Shown: positions 17,419 to 25,950 of the stretch, piece by piece
Position numbering within the stretch: the stretch's first letter is position 1
Layout of the letters: the number at the start of each line of letters is the position of its first letter
NCBI GenBank assembly: GCA_000990585.1
Contig: LBQD01000003.1
Location: 79,504-143,503, forward strand
Direction of reading: 5' to 3'
Source of the DNA: Candidatus Moranbacteria bacterium GW2011_GWE2_35_2-
GTDB taxonomy: Bacteria > Patescibacteriota > Minisyncoccia > Moranbacterales > UBA9337
Length of the DNA: 64,000 nucleotides
Made by a program: the position numbers and the translations under genes
The notes under the pieces: model-generated
Databases searched by the model: none
What the model saw: only the letters and a program-made list of their open reading frames with translations
What the model was told of the DNA's origin: nothing

Positions 17419-18514
17419 AGTTTTGCTTTTCCGGACAAAAGCAAAAGTGCTTTTGATGGGAAAAATAAATTAAAAATTACATTTGAAGAAATCATATCTT
17501 TGGAAAATCTGCTGGAGGCTTGGAAAGAATTTGAAAAAGGAAAGAAAAACAGAAAAGATGTGCAGGAATTTTCAATGAATCTGATGGATAATATTTTTTC
17601 TCTCCATCAAGATCTTCTCAATCATACCTACAAACACGGCGGTTATCAAGCTTTCAAAATCAATGATCCCAAGCCTAGAGATATCCACAAAGCAAAAGTC
17701 AGGGACAGGCTTTTGCATCACGCCATCTACCGAAAACTCTATCCGTTTTTCGACAAAACTTTTATTTCCGATTCATATTCTTGCCGAATAAACAAAGGCA
17801 CACACAAAGCGATTGAAAAATTTCGAAAGTATTTTAACAAAGTAAGTCAAAACAACACGAAAACTTGTTATGTTCTCAAATGCGACATCAAAAAGTTTTT
17901 CGCCAGTATTGACCACGAAATTCTAATTTCAATCTTGAAAGAACATATTCCGGATGAAAATATTTTGTGGTTATTGGTGGAAATTATTGAAAGTTTTCAT
18001 ATTTCAAAACCCCTCCCCAGCCCTCCCCTTGAAAAGGGGAGGGGGATTGGACTGCCGCTGGGCAATTTAACCTCGCAATTGTTTGTGAATATTTATATGA
18101 ACAAATTTGACCAGTTCGTCAAACATAAACTGAAAGCCGAATATTACATTCGCTATGCCGACGATTTTGTGTTTTTGTCGCAAGACAGAAAATGGTTGGA
18201 AGATTTGATTCCAAGAGTCGGCAAATTTTTAGGCGATGAATTAAAACTCAAATTGCATCCGAATAAAGTTTACATCAAAACTTTTTCTTCCGGCGTGGAT
18301 TTTTTGGGAATAATCAATTTTCCGCACCACAAAATCCTGCGGACGAAAACGAAAAGAAGAATGATGAAAAAAATATTTCTCAATCATAAGATGTTGAGAG
18401 AGGGATTGATTTCAGAAGATAAATTTTAATCAAAGTTTGCAATCGTATTTGGGGATTCTGAGGCATTGTGATGGGTGGGGGATTGAGAAAGAGATAATGA
18501 AAATATCAGAATAA
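17373..18514 (+). CDS. DGR reverse transcriptase (called ORF 17392..18429), apparently frameshifted at G9 and at 18424-18427
   Basis: KPRDI, RDRLLHHA, DIKKFF, LPLGNLTSQ (DGR-type GxxxSQ), YIRYADD; QSYLGILRHC continues in the +1 frame to 18514. Confidence 0.93.
18009..18047. repeat. GC-rich palindromic in-frame insertion in RT
   Basis: CCCTCCCCTT-GAA-AAGGGGAGGG; translates as PLPSPPLEKGRG; same family as the miaB 7515-7575 element. Confidence 0.75.
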
Positions 18515-18536
18515 AAAAGTAAAGTTTTTTGATAAA

Positions 18537-18971
18537 TTATTTTTTCAAGAGTTTTAAGATTTCTTTTTTGAAATCTTTCAAATCGACAATTCTTTCTTGA
18601 AGATAGTCATATACTTTTTCTTTGTCTATTTTTCCATATTCGTGAACCAGGATATTTCGAAATCCGACAATCCCGTCCAATCTCGATGCCAATTTTTTGG
18701 AAATTATCTTCTTCTCGAAAAGCAAAGAAATCGCTTCCTGATTTTCTTCCGGACGTTCGAATTTTTCTTCTATAATAATCATCTGGACAAGATCAATGAT
18801 GGTCTGGATCGATAGTTGCAAATATCTTTCAGCAAGTCCGAAAAAATGAAAATCACTGACGAAAGCAACTTTGTTTTTTTTTGTTTCCTTGGCGAGCGCT
18901 TCAAGATATTTTATATATTCGTCCAAGTTTTGAATTTTGTCGAAAAATTTCTTCTTGATTATTTTTGTCAT
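18537..18971 (-). CDS. HEPN (DUF86/HepT-like) RNase toxin
   Basis: RNILVHEY Rx4H motif; ERYLQ. Confidence 0.92.
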   Translation of the reverse strand: MTKIIKKKFFDKIQNLDEYIKYLEALAKETKKNKVAFVSDFHFFGLAERYLQLSIQTIIDLVQMIIIEEKFERPEENQEAISLLFEKKIISKKLASRLDGIVGFRNILVHEYGKIDKEKVYDYLQERIVDLKDFKKEILKLLKK

Positions 18972-18983
18972 AAAGTTTATTTT

Positions 18984-19403
18984 TTAATTTCGATTCAGTT
19001 CTCTTTTTAAATAGGCTTCGTTATATTTTTCGATAAAGGGCGCGAAATCGTAGTAATCATTCATTGTTTTTAATTCAAATTCGAGCTTTTCCCCGTGATC
19101 TTTTGCGTAAATCAGTTTTCCTTCTTTGATGATTACGAATTTGAAAAGGATGGATTTTGTGTCATTGAGAATGACGACCTCTGTTTCTTTTTTGAATATT
19201 TTCGAAAGCTCGGAAATTATTTTGCATCGAATATCAAATCTTTTTTTCGCGTCGATATCTTTTGACAGCATTATGGCAATATCGATATCGCTGTTTTTTA
19301 TCGCTTTTCCGGTAGCTTGCGAACCGAATAAATACGCAAAAACAACCTTGTGTTTGGCAAAGATTTTCGAAAATTCCCCAGTTTTGTCTTTGATAAGTTT
19401 CAT
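18984..19403 (-). CDS. Minimal nucleotidyltransferase (MntA-like) antitoxin
   Basis: YLFGSQATG...SDIDIA; directly upstream of the HEPN gene. Confidence 0.92.
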   Translation of the reverse strand: MKLIKDKTGEFSKIFAKHKVVFAYLFGSQATGKAIKNSDIDIAIMLSKDIDAKKRFDIRCKIISELSKIFKKETEVVILNDTKSILFKFVIIKEGKLIYAKDHGEKLEFELKTMNDYYDFAPFIEKYNEAYLKRELNRN

Positions 19404-19515
19404 AATCTTGATTAAAAGTATAGCATATTTTTGAAAAATAAAAAATCGCGCCGAGGAGTGGATTTTAATAGGGTCTTTGATTGTTCGGCTACGTATAGTA
19501 GTGTATTATTAAAAT

Positions 19516-20205
19516 ATGGAAATAGCAACATTTGATTTGGAAAAAAAACTTCTTGGCAAAGGGTATGGATTTGTTATTGGGGTGGATGAGGCGGGGAGAG
19601 GACCACTTGTTGGACCCGTTGTGGCTTGCGCGGCAACTCTTAAGAATAATGAATCAGGAATCAAGAACCAAGAATTAAAAGAATGGGATTTGGTGCGGGA
19701 TTCGAAAAAACTTTCTGCCGGACAACGGGAAAAGGCTTTTGATTTTGTTTTGGAAAATTTTCACGTTGGCATCGGGATTTGCGATCACGAAACCATTGAC
19801 CGAGTGAATATCTTAGAAGCATCATTTCTTGCAATGAAAATTGCCTTAGTAGATTTGAATTCAAAATTAAAAAATTATAAATTGAATAAAAATTCAAAAT
19901 TCAAAATTCAAAATTACAAGCAAATTTTGCTTGTAGATGGGAATAAGAAAATTCCCAATTTTTCCGGTGAGCAATTGGCGGTGGTCGGAGGGGATAAGAT
20001 CGTCAAATCGATTTCGGCGGCGTCGATTGTCGCTAAAGTGACCAGGGACCGAATGATGATGGAAGCGCACGAGAAATACCCTCAGTATCATTTCGACAAA
20101 CATAAGGGCTATGGCACTAAAATCCACATGGAATCGCTCAAACAATACGGACCTTGTGAAATTCATCGGAAATCCTTTGCTCCGGTTAAAAAAACGTTAA
20201 AATAA
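19516..20205 (+). CDS. rnhB: Ribonuclease HII
   Basis: GVDEAGRGPL, DSKKL, AASIVAKVTRD, HKGYGT. Confidence 0.97.
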   Translation: MEIATFDLEKKLLGKGYGFVIGVDEAGRGPLVGPVVACAATLKNNESGIKNQELKEWDLVRDSKKLSAGQREKAFDFVLENFHVGIGICDHETIDRVNILEASFLAMKIALVDLNSKLKNYKLNKNSKFKIQNYKQILLVDGNKKIPNFSGEQLAVVGGDKIVKSISAASIVAKVTRDRMMMEAHEKYPQYHFDKHKGYGTKIHMESLKQYGPCEIHRKSFAPVKKTLK

Positions 20206-20228
20206 AGAATTTTTGCATTAAAACTTAT

Positions 20229-20266
20229 CTCACTCACTTTTATGCAATCGCATAAAAGTGAGTGAG
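20229..20266. repeat. Perfect 17-bp-stem palindrome
   Basis: CTCACTCACTTTTATGC-AATC-GCATAAAAGTGAGTGAG. Confidence 0.8.
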
Positions 20267-20387
20267 TGGCAGAGAGTCTTATTGAGCGACTCTTGTCAAA
20301 TTGGAAGTTCAATGGTAGACTTTTTCAGTAGTTAGATTTTCAAAAAATAAATAATTTAACTGTATAACAATTTAGCAATTTAATATT

Positions 20388-20588
20388 ATGCCAGTACCAA
20401 AACAACGACACAACAAAGCCAGACAAGGAAGAAGGAGAGCCGGACAGCTTCAGGCTGTCGGAATTAAAAAAACTCAGAAATGCCCGAAATGCGGAGCAAC
20501 GGTAATGCCTCACAGGGCTTGCGCCAAGTGTGGATATTACAAGGGAAATGAAATTGTAAATACTTTAAAAAAGAAGAAAAAGCAATAG
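20388..20588 (+). CDS. rpmF: 50S ribosomal protein L32
   Basis: MPVPKQR...CPKCG...[11 protein letters not shown]. Confidence 0.96.
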   Translation: MPVPKQRHNKARQGRRRAGQLQAVGIKKTQKCPKCGATVMPHRACAKCGYYKGNEIVNTLKKKKKQ

Positions 20589-20628
20589 TTTTTTAAACTT
20601 CTCGCTTTACACTTCTAGTTTTTTATAT

Positions 20629-21135
20629 ATGGCCAATCGACATTTGCAAAGATCGATAGCAATGCAATCTCTTTTTGAGTGGGATTTTGGAGGATGTGGA
20701 GATAATACATCCAAAGAGATTATAGAACGCAATGTGGGTGAATTTGCTGCCGGACTCAAGGAGGCGAATCTTGTTGGATCGCTCGTGGATGGTGTTATCA
20801 GCCATAAAAAACAGATCAATGAGTTGATTGAGAAATGCGCTCCGGAATGGCCATTGGATCAAATTACAATTGTTGATAGAAATATTTTACGTTTGGGGAT
20901 TTATGAGTTGATACATGGGAATTATCAAGAAGTTCCTCCAAAAGTGGCAATCAATGAGGCGATTGAGCTGGCGAAAACTTTCGGCGGAACTAATTCCGCA
21001 AAATTTGTTAACGGTGTGTTAGGAACAATTTATCGAGAGATGGGAGAACCAATGAAAGATGATTGCAGTGAAAAACACAAAAAACCGGAAAAGAATAAAA
21101 ATACCTCTAATGAATCAAAAGATGAAGTGGAATAG
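20629..21135 (+). CDS. nusB: Transcription antitermination factor NusB
   Basis: [26 protein letters not shown]. Confidence 0.96.
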   Translation: MANRHLQRSIAMQSLFEWDFGGCGDNTSKEIIERNVGEFAAGLKEANLVGSLVDGVISHKKQINELIEKCAPEWPLDQITIVDRNILRLGIYELIHGNYQEVPPKVAINEAIELAKTFGGTNSAKFVNGVLGTIYREMGEPMKDDCSEKHKKPEKNKNTSNESKDEVE

Positions 21136-21305
21136 AAAATAGCTTTTTTGATAATTTATAATTAATTTACCAAGGAAACAAGAAACAAGGACACAAATAA
21201 TATTCAAATTACAGTATTTAATTATTAAAAAATAATTTGGAAGTCGGTTATTATTTAATTTGTATCTTTTATCTTGCATCTTGCATCTTGTTTCTTTTTA
21301 AAGAA

Positions 21306-21995
21306 ATGTTTTCTATTGAAAAATTTGCCGACTCTATTAAGGTAAAATTTAAAAATATCGACTTTTTGCGCGAGGCGCTCACTCATCGTTCCTATTTGAA
21401 TGAAAATCGTTCATATAAATTGAACCACAACGAGCGGATGGAATTTTTGGGCGATGCGGTTTTGGAATTGGTGGTTACTGAATTTTTGTATCATAATTAT
21501 CCCAATCCGGAAGGAGAGCTTACGAGCTGGAGAGCGGCGTTAGTAAACGGAGAGATGTTGGCGAGTATTGCGGGGGAATTAGGAGTGGAGGATTATTTAT
21601 TGATGAGTAGGGGGGAAGCTAAGGATACCGGGCGCGCCCGCCAGTATCTTTTGGCAAATGCAATGGAAGCGATTATTGGAGCGATTTATTTGGATCAAGG
21701 ATATGACAGCGCCAAAAAATTCATTATGGATAATGTGGCAATCAAAATTGAGGATATCTTGAAAAACAAATCATATATGGATCCGAAGAGTTATTTTCAA
21801 GAAAAATCCCAAGAGCATATGAGAATTACCCCGTCATATCGGGTATTGGGGGAATCCGGACCGGATCATGACAAGCGTTTTGTTGTCGGTGTGTTTTTGG
21901 ATGAAGAATTGGTAGCGGAAGGCGAGGGAATTTCCAAACAAGACGCCCAAAGAAACGCCGCCGCCGCCGGATTGGAAAAGAAAGGGTGGATATGA
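21306..21995 (+). CDS. rnc: Ribonuclease III
   Basis: ALTHRSY, NERMEFLGDAVL, C-terminal dsRBD. Confidence 0.97.
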   Translation: MFSIEKFADSIKVKFKNIDFLREALTHRSYLNENRSYKLNHNERMEFLGDAVLELVVTEFLYHNYPNPEGELTSWRAALVNGEMLASIAGELGVEDYLLMSRGEAKDTGRARQYLLANAMEAIIGAIYLDQGYDSAKKFIMDNVAIKIEDILKNKSYMDPKSYFQEKSQEHMRITPSYRVLGESGPDHDKRFVVGVFLDEELVAEGEGISKQDAQRNAAAAGLEKKGWI

Positions 21996-22441
21996 AATTT
22001 ATGATTAGCGGTGATATAAAAACATACACATGGGCGGAAATTTTAATGTGGAGTTTCGGCTTGGCATTAATTATAATTCTTCTGGGTATGTTGGCAACGT
22101 ATATTGATTCTAGTTCCGTTTTATTTTTTTATGTGGCTATGGGAGCTATTATAATATGGGGAATCATTGCCGGACTTTCATATGATGAAAATTCCCGATT
22201 TTGTATTATCAGAAATTCATTTTTAGTTGCTTGCATTTTAATGGTTGCATTGATTGGAATGCTTTCTATGTATATAGCGGTCATTGAACCTCCGAGATTC
22301 GGAAATATTTTCGAAAAAATATTCAATACTATAGTTTTTGCAACTTTTCCTGTTTTTTCTTTTGTAGGAGGGTTTTTTATTGTAGGATATCTCAGTGCCT
22401 TCGCGGTTAAATTTTTTAGTAATATTTGCAAAAGAAAGTAG
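21992..22441 (+). CDS. Hypothetical membrane protein (about 4 TM segments)
   Basis: Hydrophobic segments; ATGA overlap with rnc. Confidence 0.65.
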   Translation: MKFMISGDIKTYTWAEILMWSFGLALIIILLGMLATYIDSSSVLFFYVAMGAIIIWGIIAGLSYDENSRFCIIRNSFLVACILMVALIGMLSMYIAVIEPPRFGNIFEKIFNTIVFATFPVFSFVGGFFIVGYLSAFAVKFFSNICKRK

Positions 22442-22613
22442 GTCGATTTTTGTTTGGTTTTATGCTAGTTTAGGTGACGGTGCAGGGTAGTGCTAAAAAA
22501 CCCAAAAGGAAGTAAAATGAAAAAGATTGATTTCAAGAGAGCGAAATGTTGATTTATGCTTACATCTGTGCTAAATTGAAAAATAGATTCAAGTATTGGT
22601 CAATTTTTTATTT

Positions 22614-23195
22614 ATGAAAAACAAGAAGAATATTTTAATTTTAGCGATAGCACTGGTGATAATGATTATTGTCGGAGGTTTTTTTGTTTGGGGAAATAAT
22701 CAAAAACAGAGTGAAATTAGTGAAATTGTTCAAAATCAAAACCAGAATCAAAATCAGCAAGCAGAAACGGATATAAGTGATTGGAAAACCTACAAAAATG
22801 AAGAATATGGCTTTGAGGTTAAGTATCCTCAAGACTGGGAATATGATTTGATTGACGGAGTTACATTTGGAGATAAGAAAAATTGCGAAAGGAGTATAAT
22901 TGATAATTATTGGTGTGAGAATTATATTAGCTTTATAAAATCTGAAAAAAATCCAAGAGTTGGCAATGAGAGATTTGAAAAAGATGTTGTAGATATTTTA
23001 AATATTAATAATGATGTTTATAATACTAAAAAAGAACTTAGCGATGGTAGTGTTTTTGATGAATATTATTTTACTGACGATAGGAGTAATATTTATGAAT
23101 GGATAATTGTATTAAAGTATGACAATAAAAAAGAAAATCAAGCGGAAATAACAATTTTAAGAGAAATTCTAAAAACATTTAAATTGTCAGACTAG
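22614..23195 (+). CDS. Membrane-anchored surface protein (WKTY-N-GF-YP, PsbP-like)
   Basis: N-terminal TM segment and WKTYKNEEYGFEVKYP. Confidence 0.75.
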   Translation: MKNKKNILILAIALVIMIIVGGFFVWGNNQKQSEISEIVQNQNQNQNQQAETDISDWKTYKNEEYGFEVKYPQDWEYDLIDGVTFGDKKNCERSIIDNYWCENYISFIKSEKNPRVGNERFEKDVVDILNINNDVYNTKKELSDGSVFDEYYFTDDRSNIYEWIIVLKYDNKKENQAEITILREILKTFKLSD

Positions 23196-23328
23196 TTTAT
23201 TTTCATAAATAGGCGTTAAAAATTAATTCCTATAAAATGGAAATCAATTGTGATTCCATCGTTAAAGCAGTTGTTTGACAACAGAATAATGGCGCAGAAT
23301 AGCGCCAAAACTTGAAAAAGGAGGAAAG

Positions 23329-24039
23329 ATGAAAAAGATTATTCCGGAAAGTTTCAAAGTGTTTTTATTGTCAATGGCATTGGTTTTGTGTTTTGAGCCA
23401 ATAGTGTTTGCGTATGAAACTTTTTTGTGTACGGGAGGTGATTTCATTAAAAATATTGATGATGATTTCGGGGAGTGTGTTTTATATGTGAGGTATGAAA
23501 TAGGAGGAAGTGAATATTACGATGTTTGTAATGGATATGCAAAAACCTGTTATCAGGATGCTCAATCTGCTGGCTATGCAGTTGGTCAAACACCCGAAAT
23601 TGGTGCAATCATGGTTATCAATGGATGGGGTAGCAATACTGCCGGTCATGTGGGGATTGTTATCGATAAGCGCAATGATAATCAGGAGGTCAAATTGCGT
23701 CATTCAAACTGGCACTTGGATGGTAAGGTTAGTGAGGAATGGATATCTGTAAGTCAATATCCCATTCTCGGATATATCTATTGCGATGGAAGTGGTCCGA
23801 GCGCGAATGAAAATGAAACATATGTTAATCTTCGCACTGTCAATGGCATTGGTTGGTATCCGCCAAACAAAACTTGCGTCAATGCGAGTCAGTGGTACAA
23901 AACTGTCGATGGCAAAGCGATTGCATCGTATGCGGACAATTCAGCTTGCTATCTTGTCGGTTCTTTCTATATCAACAACATTCTTTGGCAAAACGTGCTT
24001 TTCGGAACTGGTGATTTGCCTCTGGAATGCACCCAATGA
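23329..24039 (+). CDS. Secreted CHAP-domain peptidoglycan hydrolase
   Basis: Signal peptide; GECVLYVR, AGHVGIV and HSNW CHAP motifs. Confidence 0.85.
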   Translation: MKKIIPESFKVFLLSMALVLCFEPIVFAYETFLCTGGDFIKNIDDDFGECVLYVRYEIGGSEYYDVCNGYAKTCYQDAQSAGYAVGQTPEIGAIMVINGWGSNTAGHVGIVIDKRNDNQEVKLRHSNWHLDGKVSEEWISVSQYPILGYIYCDGSGPSANENETYVNLRTVNGIGWYPPNKTCVNASQWYKTVDGKAIASYADNSACYLVGSFYINNILWQNVLFGTGDLPLECTQ

Positions 24040-24074
24040 AAAACTGAAAATCAAAAATGAAAAAGGAGGTTTGC

Positions 24075-25403
24075 ATGAAGAACAAAGAATCGACACTCAT
24101 TTTCAGTGTCATTTTTTTCTTTCTGGCATTGGCACTGGTTGAAAATGTCATAGCCCAATGCGGAACTGTGGCTGCAGTACAAGTAGAGCCAACCAATGAC
24201 AATGAATCCGGAACCTGGAGCAATGAAGTTTCATATACTCCTCCCGGAGATGACAGCGTAAGTTCGGGAGGCGATCCGGATTTCAAACCGATGGAGCTAT
24301 ATATCGATCACCACAGGAAACTGCTTCGTCCCGGACAAGATCATGAAGTCTTCACTCGAATCAAAAACAAGGGCGATGCCAGTTCTCCGGAAGATATCCA
24401 AATCAGATATTGGCTTTCTGACGGGTATAAAATCGATGCCAAAGACGATCGCATAAGTTTCGGCACTGACAACATCCAAAAAGAAAATCTTCCACCAGGC
24501 GACAGCAAGTGGGAAAGTAAGACTAACGAGGCTCCAAATACGCCCGGAATTTACAACTATACTGTTGAGGCGGATGATGAAGATGATATAGAAGAGGTCA
24601 AGGAATCAAACAATACATTCGATCCTCCCTATGTCTTTGAAGTCAAAAAGCCGGAACTGTATTTTGCCAATGCTTACATTGTCGGAGAGCAGGAGCAATA
24701 TTCTCCCGGTTATGTATTCCAGTTGAAAGTTTTTACCGAAAATGACGGCGCCAATCCTGGAAAGGATGTAAAAGTATATTATTACATGGATGGAGTGAAG
24801 TTCGGTGAAGATAATATGCGCGAATACAATATTGAACCTGAAGATCCTCCCAAAGAAGAAAGTATTTATGCAGTAGCTCCGATGACTCCCGGAACGCACA
24901 CGGTGAGCGCCGTGGTCGATCCCGGAGATTATGTCGATGAAGGGAATGAAAATAATAACACATGGTCAAAAACATTTACAGTAGTAGCTCCTGATCCCGA
25001 GCCGGTATATGACACCGCCGTTGCCAGTGTTTCAGTGAGTAATCCGGAACTTTCTTTTTATCCCGGTGAAATTTTTGAGATCAGCGCGGTAGCGCAAAAT
25101 CTCGGCGATAATCCGCCAAGCGATATCCTTATGGGATATTTTTTGTTGGGCGGAGAACTCTCAGAGCCGTTACTTTTAGGAAGTATTACAATTACCAGTC
25201 AAGATTTTCCGAGTACTTCAATCATAACCAAGTCATTGGGAAATATTGGAGCGCCCGGTTTGTCCGAAATTTATCAAATCAAAGCTTGCATCAATTATGA
25301 CGAACGGTTCGTAGAAGCAAGCGAAGAAAACGATTGCCGGACAATTGAAATTGAAGTTAAAAAAGAGCATCTCAACCCCGCTGTCATTAATATTCTTGAT
25401 TAA
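24075..25403 (+). CDS. Secreted protein with about three CARDB-like Ig domains
   Basis: Signal peptide; repeated KNxG...D..D.I.E..E.NN pattern. Confidence 0.8.
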   Translation: MKNKESTLIFSVIFFFLALALVENVIAQCGTVAAVQVEPTNDNESGTWSNEVSYTPPGDDSVSSGGDPDFKPMELYIDHHRKLLRPGQDHEVFTRIKNKGDASSPEDIQIRYWLSDGYKIDAKDDRISFGTDNIQKENLPPGDSKWESKTNEAPNTPGIYNYTVEADDEDDIEEVKESNNTFDPPYVFEVKKPELYFANAYIVGEQEQYSPGYVFQLKVFTENDGANPGKDVKVYYYMDGVKFGEDNMREYNIEPEDPPKEESIYAVAPMTPGTHTVSAVVDPGDYVDEGNENNNTWSKTFTVVAPDPEPVYDTAVASVSVSNPELSFYPGEIFEISAVAQNLGDNPPSDILMGYFLLGGELSEPLLLGSITITSQDFPSTSIITKSLGNIGAPGLSEIYQIKACINYDERFVEASEENDCRTIEIEVKKEHLNPAVINILD

Positions 25404-25414
25404 AGGAGAAAAAA

Positions 25415-25744
25415 ATGAAAAAAAACATCGTAGCCCTGCTGGTATCTATTTTTGTTTGTGCATTTGGTTTGTCTGCAAACGCAGATGAAGCTTGCTTTGA
25501 CCCTAATGCGCAATATTTTGATGTGAATGGTGTGAGTCGGCTGAATCTTTGGGGAATTCCCGAAGCTAATGATAATGCGGTTTTTGCTGATGCCAGGCAA
25601 TCTTGGCATACTGAGCTTTCTGTTGCAATGTGGTACGCCACGATTTTGAAAGCTCAAGAAAATGATATGGTGGTAGTTGTTGGCTATGACCCGGCAAGCT
25701 ATGAGTTGTGGTACGTGGCAAAGCCGCGGCCGACTTGTCCGTAA
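25415..25744 (+). CDS. Small secreted hypothetical protein
   Basis: AAGGAG SD, signal peptide ending ANA, Cys near each end. Confidence 0.75.
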   Translation: MKKNIVALLVSIFVCAFGLSANADEACFDPNAQYFDVNGVSRLNLWGIPEANDNAVFADARQSWHTELSVAMWYATILKAQENDMVVVVGYDPASYELWYVAKPRPTCP

Positions 25745-25772
25745 GGCGAATTTTTTTCAGTACCTTGTTAGT

Positions 25773-25809
25773 GAAGCCTTTTGGGGAAATCTCCGAAGGG
25801 CTTCTTTTT
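25773..25809 (+). terminator. Intrinsic terminator
   Basis: GAAGCCTT...AAGGGCTTC followed by Ts. Confidence 0.7.
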
Positions 25810-25857
25810 ATTTCCTAAAAACAAAAAATGTAGTAAGATAATAAGGTAGTTTATTAT

Positions 25858-25936
25858 TGTCATTCCCGCAAAGGCGGGAATCCAGAAAATAATTAAAAAT
25901 ACAATATACCAGATTCCCGCCTTCGCGGGAATGACA
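25858..25936. repeat. Inverted pair of REP-like palindromes
   Basis: TGTCATTCCCGCAAAGGCGGGAATCCAG...GATTCCCGCCTTCGCGGGAATGACA. Confidence 0.85.
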
Positions 25937-25950
25937 CATATTTTTTTTGC

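Noticed and set aside
17392-18429. Group II intron or retron RT
   Set aside because: The GxxxSQ motif, avd and the TR/VR pair identify a DGR; no intron domain V or msr-msd is seen.
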